Made by a program: the position numbers and the translations under genes. A stretch of 64,000 nucleotides of DNA from a virus. The notes beneath the pieces are model-generated. The model was not told where the DNA came from, searched no databases, and was given only the letters and a program-made list of their open reading frames with translations. Below are positions 8,897 through 18,625 of this stretch, piece after piece (within the stretch, counting starts at the first letter, position 1; every line of letters starts with the position of its first letter). The stretch covers positions 2,903 to 66,902 of the IMG/VR virus record IMGVR_UViG_3300017697_000016. The stretch is one strand, 5' to 3'.

Positions 8897-10335
8897 TGGA
8901 TCATTTTTACGACGGTCAGATAAGACGATACTTAACTCAATTAATTAGAATGATGAGTGGGTTTACATACGCAGACGGCAGTGGTCAACTTACTACTGTT
9001 CCTGCTATGTACGGTGATATTACTAGACAAGTTGGAAGTATTTTAAGAGACAACTCGGAGAACAAAATACCAAGTGCTCCGCGTATGGGCGTATATATTA
9101 CTGGTCTAGAAATGGATCGTAATAGGACTAGCGATAGTTCATATGTTAACAAAGTTAATATTAGAGAACGTGCATATGACGCAAATGGCCAAGAATATTT
9201 AAACCACGAAGGTCGTAATTATACTGTAGAACGTCTAATGCCTACTCCGTATACACTTACTGTTAATGTAGACATATGGACTAGTAATACTGAACAAAAA
9301 TTGCAACTGATGGAACAAATATTAATGTTGTTCAATCCTAGTTTAGAACTGCAAACAACAGATAATTATTTAGACTGGACTAGTTTAAGTGTTGTTAACT
9401 TAGATACTGTTAACTGGAGCAGCAGAAGTATTCCAACAGGTACAGAAAGCGAAATTGACGTAGGTACACTAACATTTAGTACTCCAATTTACATTAGTCC
9501 TCCTGCAAAGGTTAAACGCCTTGGAGTTGTTACAGATATTCTTACAAAAGTATTCCAAGAAATACCAAAAACTGACATTTTGCCAGAAGCAAATCTACGA
9601 ACTGGCGTTTATGTAAGTCCTACAGGCGAGATTAAACGAGAGCGTACTGAACAATCTTGGACACAATCTCTTACACAACTTAATGTAAATAAATCTGCAT
9701 ACCAAGAATGCGAATTGTTAGTATTAAATACCACTGCTAAATTAATTAAACGAGGCATAGTAGGCGGCATTTCATGGGACGAATTTGTTAAAGGATTTCC
9801 TAGTAAATTTGAAGATGGCGTAACTACTATTAGATTATCTCGCTCTGACTTTGAATACGACATCATTGGAAGAATTGCAATTAGTCCAATATCTAATACA
9901 GAAGTAACAGTTGATTGGGATATAGACAGTTTACCAACTGACACTGTTATTTCAAGTTCTCAAGGAAATAGAAGTAAGATTGACGCAATTATTGATCCTA
10001 CTAAATCTGATCCACGTACACTACAAAGCGTAAGCATGTCAGATAACCCAAGAATATTATTATTAGCGCCAATAGGAAGTAGTATAAACACCGACGGCGC
10101 CGATGCTTGGAAAAACAACGACGGTACTGATTTTGTTGCTGATGCAAATGATATTGTAGAATGGGACGGTGCCAAGTGGAGCGTTGTATTTGATGCAGAT
10201 ACTGATGTTAGTGTATACGGAACAGTTTATACTACAAATCTTAACACAGGCGTTCAATATAAGTTTGATAGCGGCGAATGGATTCTTTCATTCGAAGGCG
10301 AATATCCAAATGGCGCTTGGAAAATAGAATTCTAA
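8896..10335 (+). CDS. gp15: Tail terminator / sheath stabiliser (T4 gp15-like) with C-terminal extension
   Basis: HFYDGQIRRY, VPAMYG, MPTPYTLTVNVDIWT, QLMEQILMLFNP motifs. Confidence 0.8.
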   Translation: MDHFYDGQIRRYLTQLIRMMSGFTYADGSGQLTTVPAMYGDITRQVGSILRDNSENKIPSAPRMGVYITGLEMDRNRTSDSSYVNKVNIRERAYDANGQEYLNHEGRNYTVERLMPTPYTLTVNVDIWTSNTEQKLQLMEQILMLFNPSLELQTTDNYLDWTSLSVVNLDTVNWSSRSIPTGTESEIDVGTLTFSTPIYISPPAKVKRLGVVTDILTKVFQEIPKTDILPEANLRTGVYVSPTGEIKRERTEQSWTQSLTQLNVNKSAYQECELLVLNTTAKLIKRGIVGGISWDEFVKGFPSKFEDGVTTIRLSRSDFEYDIIGRIAISPISNTEVTVDWDIDSLPTDTVISSSQGNRSKIDAIIDPTKSDPRTLQSVSMSDNPRILLLAPIGSSINTDGADAWKNNDGTDFVADANDIVEWDGAKWSVVFDADTDVSVYGTVYTTNLNTGVQYKFDSGEWILSFEGEYPNGAWKIEF

Positions 10336-10348
10336 TATAACTACTTGT

Positions 10349-10780
10349 ATGAAAGATATTATTTGCAGTGGTGCTCTGGTCTATGCACTAGACTCTAACC
10401 GGTTTTTATTTTTACATAGAGCAAACAGTAAAAATAAAAATGTATGGGGGCTAGTAGGCGGAACAAATGAAGACTCTGAAACTCCTTGGGAGGGGTTACG
10501 TAGAGAAATTGAAGAAGAAATTGGTCCTTTAGAAATAAAGAAAACAATTCCTCTTGAAACATTTGTATCTGTGGACACTAAGTTTTTATTCCATACATAT
10601 CTCTGCGTTATTAAGGAAGAATTTATTCCTTGTCTAAACAGCGAACATAACGGATATGCATGGGTATCGTTTGGGCACTGGCCAAAGCCATTGCACTATG
10701 GACTACAAAACACTTTAAACAAAAAAGTAAATTTGAATAAATTAGAAACATTGTTTGAAGTAATTAATTTAATTGATTGA
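10349..10780 (+). CDS. Nudix hydrolase
   Basis: Complete Nudix box G-x5-E-x7-REIEEEIG. Confidence 0.9.
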   Translation: MKDIICSGALVYALDSNRFLFLHRANSKNKNVWGLVGGTNEDSETPWEGLRREIEEEIGPLEIKKTIPLETFVSVDTKFLFHTYLCVIKEEFIPCLNSEHNGYAWVSFGHWPKPLHYGLQNTLNKKVNLNKLETLFEVINLID

Positions 10781-10787
10781 GGATAAA

Positions 10788-11171
10788 ATGACAACAAATA
10801 ACAACGTTGAAAAAACAACCTTTGGCTATATCGTTACCTGGGTTAAGACAGAAACATATCTTGGTAAAATTATGGTATTTGATAAGCAAGGTGGCAAGAC
10901 GCCAATTTACTTTAATCAAAATGCGACTAAGAGTTGGTTTATTAATAGTGGCAAGTTTAAAGTTAGCTACATTAACACTCAAGAAGGTAAGTTATACGAA
11001 CAAGAAATGACTGAAGGATCAGTATTTCATGCTCCTCCGTGTATGCCTGCAGGACTAGAATTATTATCTCAAGAAGGATCTATTTCTCAGATTAGCGATA
11101 AAGATGATAAAGAAGATCGACTGTATTTGTCTGAGGCAGTGCTAGAAGTAGAAAAAAGTCCGTTTGTTTAA
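10788..11171 (+). CDS. Cupin-fold protein, apparently lacking metal ligands
   Basis: Start MTTNNN with GAGG SD; cupin-like WFINSGKFKV and EGSVFHAPP segments. Confidence 0.55.
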   Translation: MTTNNNVEKTTFGYIVTWVKTETYLGKIMVFDKQGGKTPIYFNQNATKSWFINSGKFKVSYINTQEGKLYEQEMTEGSVFHAPPCMPAGLELLSQEGSISQISDKDDKEDRLYLSEAVLEVEKSPFV

Positions 11172-11713
11172 GACAACGTAAAATTATAAGCAATAGATAT
11201 TCTTGGCTCGCTACTTTGGTTATGTTCGACATAATGGGTGAGCCAAGAAGGAAATGCAATTACTAACCCATTAAACGGAGTAACAGACCATCTAGGAGAG
11301 TTATGCAAGTTTCCATTATTAACATAACTTCTAGGAATAGTTAACTCAACATTTTGATGCGGTGACATAAAAATAATATTACCGCTATCTTCATTGGCAG
11401 TTACATAGTATACAAAACTAACCCAATTGTCTGCATGTGCATGTGGATGATTTATATGAAACGATTGTTTGTTTAATATATTAACCCAACATTCATTAAG
11501 ATTAACTTTTAAATGACTATGAAGTCCTTGTAATTCTTTAAAGCCATTTGCTCTAGATACCATCCATTCAGTTAAATCAGAAAGTTCATTAACAAACGGG
11601 TCAACTGTTACACTTTCACCTACTAAGCTGTTACAGTATGTTGCAATTATATTATTATCGACTTTAGGTTCGTCGCTGGCTAGAAAACTAGGAAATAGCG
11701 GAGTTATATTCAT
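11168..11713 (-). CDS. 2OG-Fe(II) oxygenase (HxH type)
   Basis: WVN..HPHAH..SFVYY..FPSWLTHYV..RISIAYN. Confidence 0.85.
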   Translation of the reverse strand: MNITPLFPSFLASDEPKVDNNIIATYCNSLVGESVTVDPFVNELSDLTEWMVSRANGFKELQGLHSHLKVNLNECWVNILNKQSFHINHPHAHADNWVSFVYYVTANEDSGNIIFMSPHQNVELTIPRSYVNNGNLHNSPRWSVTPFNGLVIAFPSWLTHYVEHNQSSEPRISIAYNFTLS

Positions 11714-13254
11714 TTGTGGAACTGACTATAATATTCTAAACTAGTCGGAAACCTAGCAGTAATTTTTTCTTTATCTAAGTTGTTATTATTAATAACAGTT
11801 TGTAAATCCTTAACCATGTCGTCGAAGTCTACATTCCAAAATTTCATATTACTATGTTTAAAACTAGTATACGGATTTATTTTATGTCCAGCTAACATGT
11901 AAATATTAGCACCTAATGTTTCAAACTTTAGTTTATCTTCTATATTGAAGAATTGAGATCCTCGAAGTTCGTAAATTTCTTTTAACAAATCACTATCGTT
12001 AAACTCTTGCATTTGTATGTCGCGCCAATACTGTGTATCGTCTCTATTTGTCATAGCGTAATGCAATGTAATAAAATCTGCAAAATATAAAAACTGTTCA
12101 CGACATACGTTATTAAATGTATGTGCGTCAAAATTGTTTAATGCATCTTTGCCTTCTGCAATGTTTACAAAGTTCAATAAAAATTCATGTACGCTCATTA
12201 ATCCATTTGATTCTAACGGTTCAATAAATGCACCAGCAAGTCCGATACTTATACAGTTTTTGACCCAAAGTCGTTCGCTCATGCCATTGCGCATGTGTAT
12301 ATGCTTAAATTCCATTTCATCAGCAACCGGGCCTAAATAATCTTTAAACTCTTGTAATGCTTGTTCTTTAGTGGTGTACTTGCTTGCATAATTATATCCA
12401 GTACCGATACGCTCCCAAGTTGGTATTTCCCATACCCATCCGTACCCTAGTGCAACTGAATTAGTATAAAGTCTTAATTCTTTTTCTTTATCTTTATACG
12501 GCCGTGCTGCTGCCCAAGCACAGTCAGTATAAGTTTTATTATTAAACTCGCCCCACGGTTCTTCTAATACACCTTCAATCAATGCACGTTTAAATCCAGT
12601 GCAATCAAAAAATAAGTCGCCGGTAATTGATCCTTGATCTGTATCTAAACTTGTAATGTATCCGTTTTCATCAGTTTGCGCTCCGTTCACATCTGTAACT
12701 ATATGTATTACGCCCTTAGGCAAACAATATTCGTCACGCAAATAAGCGTAAAATTTATGAGTGTCAAAATGCCAGGCGGCATCTTTTTCTAACGACCAAA
12801 TGTTTCCTATTACTCCTCCATCACCAAAAGGCGTAACAGGAACTTTGTTAGAATCCAAACATTGTGATATAGGTGACATGTCGTTAACTAGATTTTCAAA
12901 AGGTACCTTAGTAAGATATTGATGTTGAAACCATTCTGCTACACTGAAGAATCTTTGATCTAATCTTCCAAACGGATAATGAAATCCTACTTTGTCATCT
13001 TTATGAAAGTTTTCAAATCGAATACTCAGTTTATTAGTAGCATTGCATTTTGTAATAAAATCAATGTCAGGTATTTCTAAGTATTTTTGCCATCGGCGCA
13101 TTAATTGCGTGGTGCTTTCGCCTACTCCTACTACGGGTTTTGTCGGCGATTCGACAATCGTAATGGTATTATTTGGAAATGCTTTGGCCATAGTAGCTGC
13201 TGTCATCCAACCTGCACTACCGCCACCAACAATTACAATATCTTTAAATTTCAT
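11710..13254 (-). CDS. prnA: Flavin-dependent tryptophan-halogenase-family protein (Hal1)
   Basis: GGGSAG FAD motif, VGVGEST, catalytic Lys in ATNKLSIRF, WVWEIP, FIEPLESNG. Confidence 0.92.
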   Translation of the reverse strand: MKFKDIVIVGGGSAGWMTAATMAKAFPNNTITIVESPTKPVVGVGESTTQLMRRWQKYLEIPDIDFITKCNATNKLSIRFENFHKDDKVGFHYPFGRLDQRFFSVAEWFQHQYLTKVPFENLVNDMSPISQCLDSNKVPVTPFGDGGVIGNIWSLEKDAAWHFDTHKFYAYLRDEYCLPKGVIHIVTDVNGAQTDENGYITSLDTDQGSITGDLFFDCTGFKRALIEGVLEEPWGEFNNKTYTDCAWAAARPYKDKEKELRLYTNSVALGYGWVWEIPTWERIGTGYNYASKYTTKEQALQEFKDYLGPVADEMEFKHIHMRNGMSERLWVKNCISIGLAGAFIEPLESNGLMSVHEFLLNFVNIAEGKDALNNFDAHTFNNVCREQFLYFADFITLHYAMTNRDDTQYWRDIQMQEFNDSDLLKEIYELRGSQFFNIEDKLKFETLGANIYMLAGHKINPYTSFKHSNMKFWNVDFDDMVKDLQTVINNNNLDKEKITARFPTSLEYYSQFHK

Positions 13255-13274
13255 ACTCAGTTATACTCCAATAA

Positions 13275-13294
13275 TATTTATAGTGTTGTAAATA
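13275..13294. promoter_or_regulatory. Divergent late promoters driving Hal1 (minus) and Hal2-Hal3 (plus)
   Basis: tattta 13275-13280 and taaata 13289-13294 within a 66-bp intergenic gap. Confidence 0.65.
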
Positions 13295-13320
13295 CTTGCA
13301 TAGCATAATTGAGAGGCAAT

Positions 13321-14814
13321 ATGATTAAATCGTTAACAGTTTTAGGTGGCGGCAATGCAGGATTAATGTCTGCATTATATCTCAAAACATCTGTACCAGA
13401 TGTCAAGTTTACTATTATTAAGTCGAGTAAGATTGGCACAATTGGAGTAGGCGAAGGCAGTACAGAACACTGGATGTACTTTGCTAAAGCAGTAGGAATT
13501 AGTTTTGTCGAGCTTGTTAAAGAGTGCGGCGCAACTTTTAAAATGGGATTAAAATTTGAAAACTGGCACGGTGATGGTACTAGTTATTTTCATAGTCTCC
13601 CAACTGCTTTTACACATCAAGATCCGCTTACCGGTGTTGCTCATCAGATGATGGGATTAATTGCCAACGGTACTAGTACTCAAGATCTAAATTGGAAGTT
13701 GCCAATGGAAGGATATGTTGCCGAACCGTTTGAGAACGTATTCCAGTTCCACTTTGATAGTGAAAAATTAAATGCATTTTTAATTAAAAAATCTATCGAA
13801 GCCGGTATTAATATTATCGAGGCTGATATCGTAAATACTAATGTAGATAATGAAGGCTTTGTAGAATCAATTGTAGACACTAACGGTAATGTACACTTCG
13901 CTGACTTCTTTATTGACAGTAGTGGATTTAATCGTGTTATTGCATCTAACGTAGGAGCAGGATGGGTTGATTGGTCGCATTATCTTCCATTAAATAGCGT
14001 CATTGCTTTTCAAACTCCTTACCAAGAAGAACTTCCTCCGTATACACTAGCACGTTGTATGAATGCAGGATGGATGTGGCGAGCGCCTGTACAAGAACGC
14101 TTTGGTAACGGTTATGTATATGATGACAGATTTATTACCGAAGAAGAAGCATTAACAGAAGTTCAACAATACTTTGACTTTCCATTAAAAGTAGGTCGTA
14201 AAATAAAATATAAATCAGGACATGTTAATAAGGCATGGATTAAAAATGTAGTATCTATCGGACTTAGTAGTAACTTTGTAGAGCCATTAGAAGCCAGCAG
14301 TATTTCTACTACTATTCAACAAAGCAGATTATTAGCAACTGCATTATGGAACTGGACACGTGAAGACACTGCATCCCCCGATAAGTATAATGAAGTAGTA
14401 GATAATATGATGCATAATATTTTAGACTTTATTCAGTTACACTACTACACACAACGAGAAGATACAGAGTTTTGGAGATGGGTTAAAAATGAATTACCTA
14501 GAACAGAATTTATTAAGAACAACTTAGAAAATTTTAAAACTAATTTTGTAAATCAACTACTTTTGCCCGAAGACGGCGCAGCAGATAACTATATGATATA
14601 CGATTGCTTAAATTGGATTCAAGTTATGCACGGATTACGTATGTTTGATGTCGACTCAATAAAAGAATTATACAACAGACGATGTAAACAATTTTATAGT
14701 AAGTTAGATGCAGAGCAATTAAGTTATTTGCCTAACGAACCAACAGCAGATTATTGGTTTACTTGCAGGGATGCAATTAATATTATTAACAACGAACTAA
14801 AGGTACAACTATGA
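13321..14814 (+). CDS. prnA: Flavin-dependent tryptophan-halogenase-family protein (Hal2)
   Basis: GGGNAG, IGVGEGS, ATFKMGLKF, WMWRAP, FVEPLEASS; start MIKSL with GAGG SD. Confidence 0.92.
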   Translation: MIKSLTVLGGGNAGLMSALYLKTSVPDVKFTIIKSSKIGTIGVGEGSTEHWMYFAKAVGISFVELVKECGATFKMGLKFENWHGDGTSYFHSLPTAFTHQDPLTGVAHQMMGLIANGTSTQDLNWKLPMEGYVAEPFENVFQFHFDSEKLNAFLIKKSIEAGINIIEADIVNTNVDNEGFVESIVDTNGNVHFADFFIDSSGFNRVIASNVGAGWVDWSHYLPLNSVIAFQTPYQEELPPYTLARCMNAGWMWRAPVQERFGNGYVYDDRFITEEEALTEVQQYFDFPLKVGRKIKYKSGHVNKAWIKNVVSIGLSSNFVEPLEASSISTTIQQSRLLATALWNWTREDTASPDKYNEVVDNMMHNILDFIQLHYYTQREDTEFWRWVKNELPRTEFIKNNLENFKTNFVNQLLLPEDGAADNYMIYDCLNWIQVMHGLRMFDVDSIKELYNRRCKQFYSKLDAEQLSYLPNEPTADYWFTCRDAINIINNELKVQL

Positions 14815-16319
14815 TTAAATCACTATGCATTCTAGGTGGCGGCACAGCTGGGCTTATTGCAGCGTTAATGGCAAGATCATCATATCCAAAATTAAGTATT
14901 ACAGTAGTAGAATCAAGTGAATACGGAATTGTCGGAGTGGGGGAAGGCAGTACAGAACACTGGGCAGGATTTATGCAGCACATTGACGTTGATGTTCCTA
15001 CATTAGTTAGAGAAACTGCTGCTACATATAAGACAGGAATTAGATTTACTAACTGGCACGGCGATGGCACAGAATATTGGCACAACTTATTTGAAGACTT
15101 GTCTCATCAAGATCAAAAAGTCGGACTATACACAGGCATGATTAAGTTAATTGCAGATAATGTAGATCCTGTTGATACAGTATTGCCGACTGGACGTAAA
15201 TCATTACACGCACAGCCGTTGCACTATTCGGTACACCAATACCATTTCGATACTAACAAATTAAATGTATTCATGCATAAGCTATGCAGCGAACGAAATA
15301 TTACAGTTATTGACGATAAAATTAATGACGTTACGCTAGATAGTCAGGGCAATGTACACAAGTTAATTGGTGAGAAAGATTTTTACACCGCAGATTTCTT
15401 TATTGACAGTAGTGGCTTTCGACGAGTAATTAGCTCTAAACTTAATGTTAAATGGAACAGTTGTGCAGATCAATTGCCTATGAATTCTGCATTAGCAGCA
15501 CCTACGCCATACGAAGAAGAAATTCCTTCACATACCGAAGCTAGAGCATTAAGTTCAGGATGGATGTGGCGTATCCCTACGCAAGATAGATTTGGTAACG
15601 GGTATGTTTACTGCGACAAATTTATTAGTGACGAAGATGCCGAAGCAGAATTTAAATCACAATTTCCGTATGAAATTACAGTTGCTAAAAAAATTAAATT
15701 TGAAGCAGGTTACTTAGACGAGCTATGGGTTAAAAATTGTCTTAATGTAGGCTTAGCAGGAATGTTTGTTGAACCGCTTGAAGCAACTAGTATTGGATTT
15801 ACTATTCAACAGATGTTTGGATTCTTAATAAGTTTGCCAAATTGTAGTTCTAAAAATACACTAGCACGAAGCACATACAACGATACATTTAAAATAGTTG
15901 CACAAAATATTATTGACTTTGTGCAACTACATTACTTTACTGAAAGAAAAGATAGTGAATTTTGGAAGTGGTGCAACAACGGCGGCATTACTAAATCAGA
16001 ATTTAACAAAACACATTTAGATAACTTTAAAAAAACATTGCCGGGGCAATACGCATTTCAAGATAAGTTTTTAATGTTTAAAGAGTTAAACTGGTTGCAA
16101 GTTATGCATGGATTACGCCTGTACGATTATAAAACACTTAATGAATGGTTCTACGATAACTTAACTCATACTATTCCGTTTATCGAAGAACAACTTAGAG
16201 AACGAGAATTTGTTACATCAAGTATTCAATATTTTTCACATAGAGAAGCGTTGCGTCATTTGACAGAACTTACAGAAACTATGATGATAAGAGATATTAA
16301 AGATTTAATTAGTACGTAG
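14811..16319 (+). CDS. prnA: Flavin-dependent tryptophan-halogenase-family protein (Hal3)
   Basis: GGGTAG, VGVGEGS, ATYKTGIRF, WMWRIP, FVEPLEATS; ATGA overlap with Hal2. Confidence 0.92.
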   Translation: MIKSLCILGGGTAGLIAALMARSSYPKLSITVVESSEYGIVGVGEGSTEHWAGFMQHIDVDVPTLVRETAATYKTGIRFTNWHGDGTEYWHNLFEDLSHQDQKVGLYTGMIKLIADNVDPVDTVLPTGRKSLHAQPLHYSVHQYHFDTNKLNVFMHKLCSERNITVIDDKINDVTLDSQGNVHKLIGEKDFYTADFFIDSSGFRRVISSKLNVKWNSCADQLPMNSALAAPTPYEEEIPSHTEARALSSGWMWRIPTQDRFGNGYVYCDKFISDEDAEAEFKSQFPYEITVAKKIKFEAGYLDELWVKNCLNVGLAGMFVEPLEATSIGFTIQQMFGFLISLPNCSSKNTLARSTYNDTFKIVAQNIIDFVQLHYFTERKDSEFWKWCNNGGITKSEFNKTHLDNFKKTLPGQYAFQDKFLMFKELNWLQVMHGLRLYDYKTLNEWFYDNLTHTIPFIEEQLREREFVTSSIQYFSHREALRHLTELTETMMIRDIKDLIST

Positions 16320-16860
16320 CACCGTCAATCTCAGTATCGCTATTGAAACTAATGATAGTTTTTGGTGTTGCTGTTTTGTTTACAGGTGCCCTATGTATAA
16401 CAAAACTAGGAAATGTAAGTATATCGCCTTCTTGAACATCCATTGTAATAACTTCACGACTCCACGGATCAATTAGTTCTGTTTTTGGAGTGCCGTCAGG
16501 TAAGTCCAAATAATACACATTAGTCCATTGACATTTAGTGTGTACATGCCATCCGTGTGTGCTACCTGTATTATATTGTTGAAACCAAATATTATGTATG
16601 CTATAAGATGCATAACCCAATTCACTGTATATAGATGTTAGTGCTTTTAATAAATGAGGCTGCATTACATCTGTCCAAGGACGTGGATCGTACGACTCTT
16701 TGTAATCGCAACGAGTTATATCTAAAGTACTAGTACCTTCTTCGTAAATTCTTTCTGCACTATCTTGTTCTCTAATTAATTTTAACACAGAGTCTTTTAT
16801 TAATGTGTGCTCTTCAAACTTAGTAATGATGGCAGGAACTGTTAGTTTAATCTTCTTCAA
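16309..16860 (-). CDS. 2OG-Fe(II) oxygenase (HxH type)
   Basis: WFQQY..HGWHVH..NVYY..FPSFVIHRAP..IISFN. Confidence 0.8.
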   Translation of the reverse strand: MKKIKLTVPAIITKFEEHTLIKDSVLKLIREQDSAERIYEEGTSTLDITRCDYKESYDPRPWTDVMQPHLLKALTSIYSELGYASYSIHNIWFQQYNTGSTHGWHVHTKCQWTNVYYLDLPDGTPKTELIDPWSREVITMDVQEGDILTFPSFVIHRAPVNKTATPKTIISFNSDTEIDGATY

Positions 16861-17498
16861 TCTAAATGATCCTTAGTTATAATTTGCTTACTATTCATCA
16901 TCATCTGTTCTAATTCTATATGCACGTTTTCTGAGACACTGTCCCATGGCATTCCCATTGCAGGACGTCCGTCCCATTTTAAGTCTGCGTTTGTGCCGTT
17001 AGCATCTACGTATTGTATAAATGCTTGTATTTGTTCATTGCCTTTAAACGCACCTTTGCGCCAGTGCGGCAGTTTATTTCCGGGATATATTAACATATCG
17101 CCCTTTTCTAATAAAACTCTTTCAATTGTATCGTCTTCATGCTTTACACACAGTAACCAATCAACATCATCTTTATCTAACGTTACTGACACAGTGTACT
17201 CTGAACTTCTGCGATCATAATGAGGATGAAGTACTGCTCCTGTCCTGTATATTCTTCCGTACGAATACGATGGATATAAAGTTTTATTTACGGCTGCTTC
17301 AACTTGAGGCTGTATTAATAAAGATAGTGTTTCAATAAACAACGGTGAATAAACAGAAAAACTTTCTGCCATGCCTTGTTCTTTACCAGCATCGGGATTC
17401 ATGATATCTATACAGCTATCCATCATACGAAACTCTGCTGATATAAAATCGCATATATCTAAACTTACTGCATTTTTTATAACTGTAACTTCACTCAT
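16857..17498 (-). CDS. 2OG-Fe(II) oxygenase (HxD type)
   Basis: YSYGRIY..LHPHYDR..GDMLIYPG..HWR. Confidence 0.8.
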   Translation of the reverse strand: MSEVTVIKNAVSLDICDFISAEFRMMDSCIDIMNPDAGKEQGMAESFSVYSPLFIETLSLLIQPQVEAAVNKTLYPSYSYGRIYRTGAVLHPHYDRRSSEYTVSVTLDKDDVDWLLCVKHEDDTIERVLLEKGDMLIYPGNKLPHWRKGAFKGNEQIQAFIQYVDANGTNADLKWDGRPAMGMPWDSVSENVHIELEQMMMNSKQIITKDHLD

Positions 17499-18022
17499 AG
17501 TATTGGCACCAAACTAAATTGTTCAAAGGGCAAGGCAGGCTCGTCGTGTACATCAAAGCCTAATGTCATCCTTGGCGTGTTAAATTCTTCTATTACTTCT
17601 ACTTTATGCTGACGATAACCTGGACCGATATAAATGTTTCCAATTTCATTTTTTATTTCGTATCCTTCAAACATTGTTTTTGTCTCTTTTGGATCAATAC
17701 TAATATATCCATGAAACGTCCAATCGTGTCCGTGCCAGTCTAACACTTGAGTAGGCATATGATAATTTATCCACGACTGCATCCATAAAGGTTTGTCGTG
17801 TCCTGCAAAAGTTCTTATGTGGGTTGATAATTCTTTAAACAACTCGTAGAATACAGGCGACGGTGATGTCGCAGCAAATACATTGTACATTCCATATGCC
17901 CAAGTTGAGTCTTTATTTGGAAACGCATTTAAAAAATGTCCATGCACTCTATGTAAATCACGCACCATATATTCATGATTATCTATTACATTTTGAGACT
18001 TATGTAATACCCAATCGCTCAA
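17495..18022 (-). CDS. Putative 2OG-Fe(II) oxygenase (HxH type)
   Basis: SWINYH..LDWHGH..QHKV..RMTLGFD. Confidence 0.7.
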   Translation of the reverse strand: MSDWVLHKSQNVIDNHEYMVRDLHRVHGHFLNAFPNKDSTWAYGMYNVFAATSPSPVFYELFKELSTHIRTFAGHDKPLWMQSWINYHMPTQVLDWHGHDWTFHGYISIDPKETKTMFEGYEIKNEIGNIYIGPGYRQHKVEVIEEFNTPRMTLGFDVHDEPALPFEQFSLVPIL

Positions 18023-18624
18023 AACAATAATCCTAAATTAATATTTACAACGCACCTAAATTTACTTTCTCTAGCAAATGAACTTGCATGATAAGTGTGC
18101 CCAGGAAAAATAACTACCCTTCCTTTTTTAGGCGTAACACGTTGTCTTACAGTAAAGTTATTTTTTTGCATTTCGTCAAAGTCTTTTTCAAACGTAGGAT
18201 TTGATTCATTAAAAATAAAAGTATCTCCGTCGCTATCGTTGACATAATAGATAGCAATATAATGAGGATACAAACTGTCAATATGCGGCATATGCCAGTC
18301 TAATTTAGAGTACTTGTTTTGATGTGTTAAGTTAAAGCGCATACGTTCTAACATATTAAACTGTACAGGAGACTTGTCTGCAATAGACAAATATAACGGA
18401 TATATTGATTCAAAAAACGGAGAAACTGCTTTTTGTTCTTCATACAGAAAATGATTAAACCCTTGTATGTTTTCTTCGTCCTTAGCAAGTTGCTCTTCAT
18501 TTGAAACTAAGTTTGTATTAAAATACCACGGAAACTGCAAACTAGTCACTTTGTCTAAAATGTGATTTTGATATGTTACAGGTATAACATCATCAATTAC
18601 ATAAATTTCATTATCTAGTTCCAT
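18019..18624 (-). CDS. 2OG-Fe(II) oxygenase (HxD type)
   Basis: PHID..IYYVNDSDGDT..PKKGRVVIFPG..YHAS..RCVVNIN; likely start MELDNE at 18624. Confidence 0.82.
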   Translation of the reverse strand: MELDNEIYVIDDVIPVTYQNHILDKVTSLQFPWYFNTNLVSNEEQLAKDEENIQGFNHFLYEEQKAVSPFFESIYPLYLSIADKSPVQFNMLERMRFNLTHQNKYSKLDWHMPHIDSLYPHYIAIYYVNDSDGDTFIFNESNPTFEKDFDEMQKNNFTVRQRVTPKKGRVVIFPGHTYHASSFARESKFRCVVNINLGLLF

Positions 18625-18625
18625 G

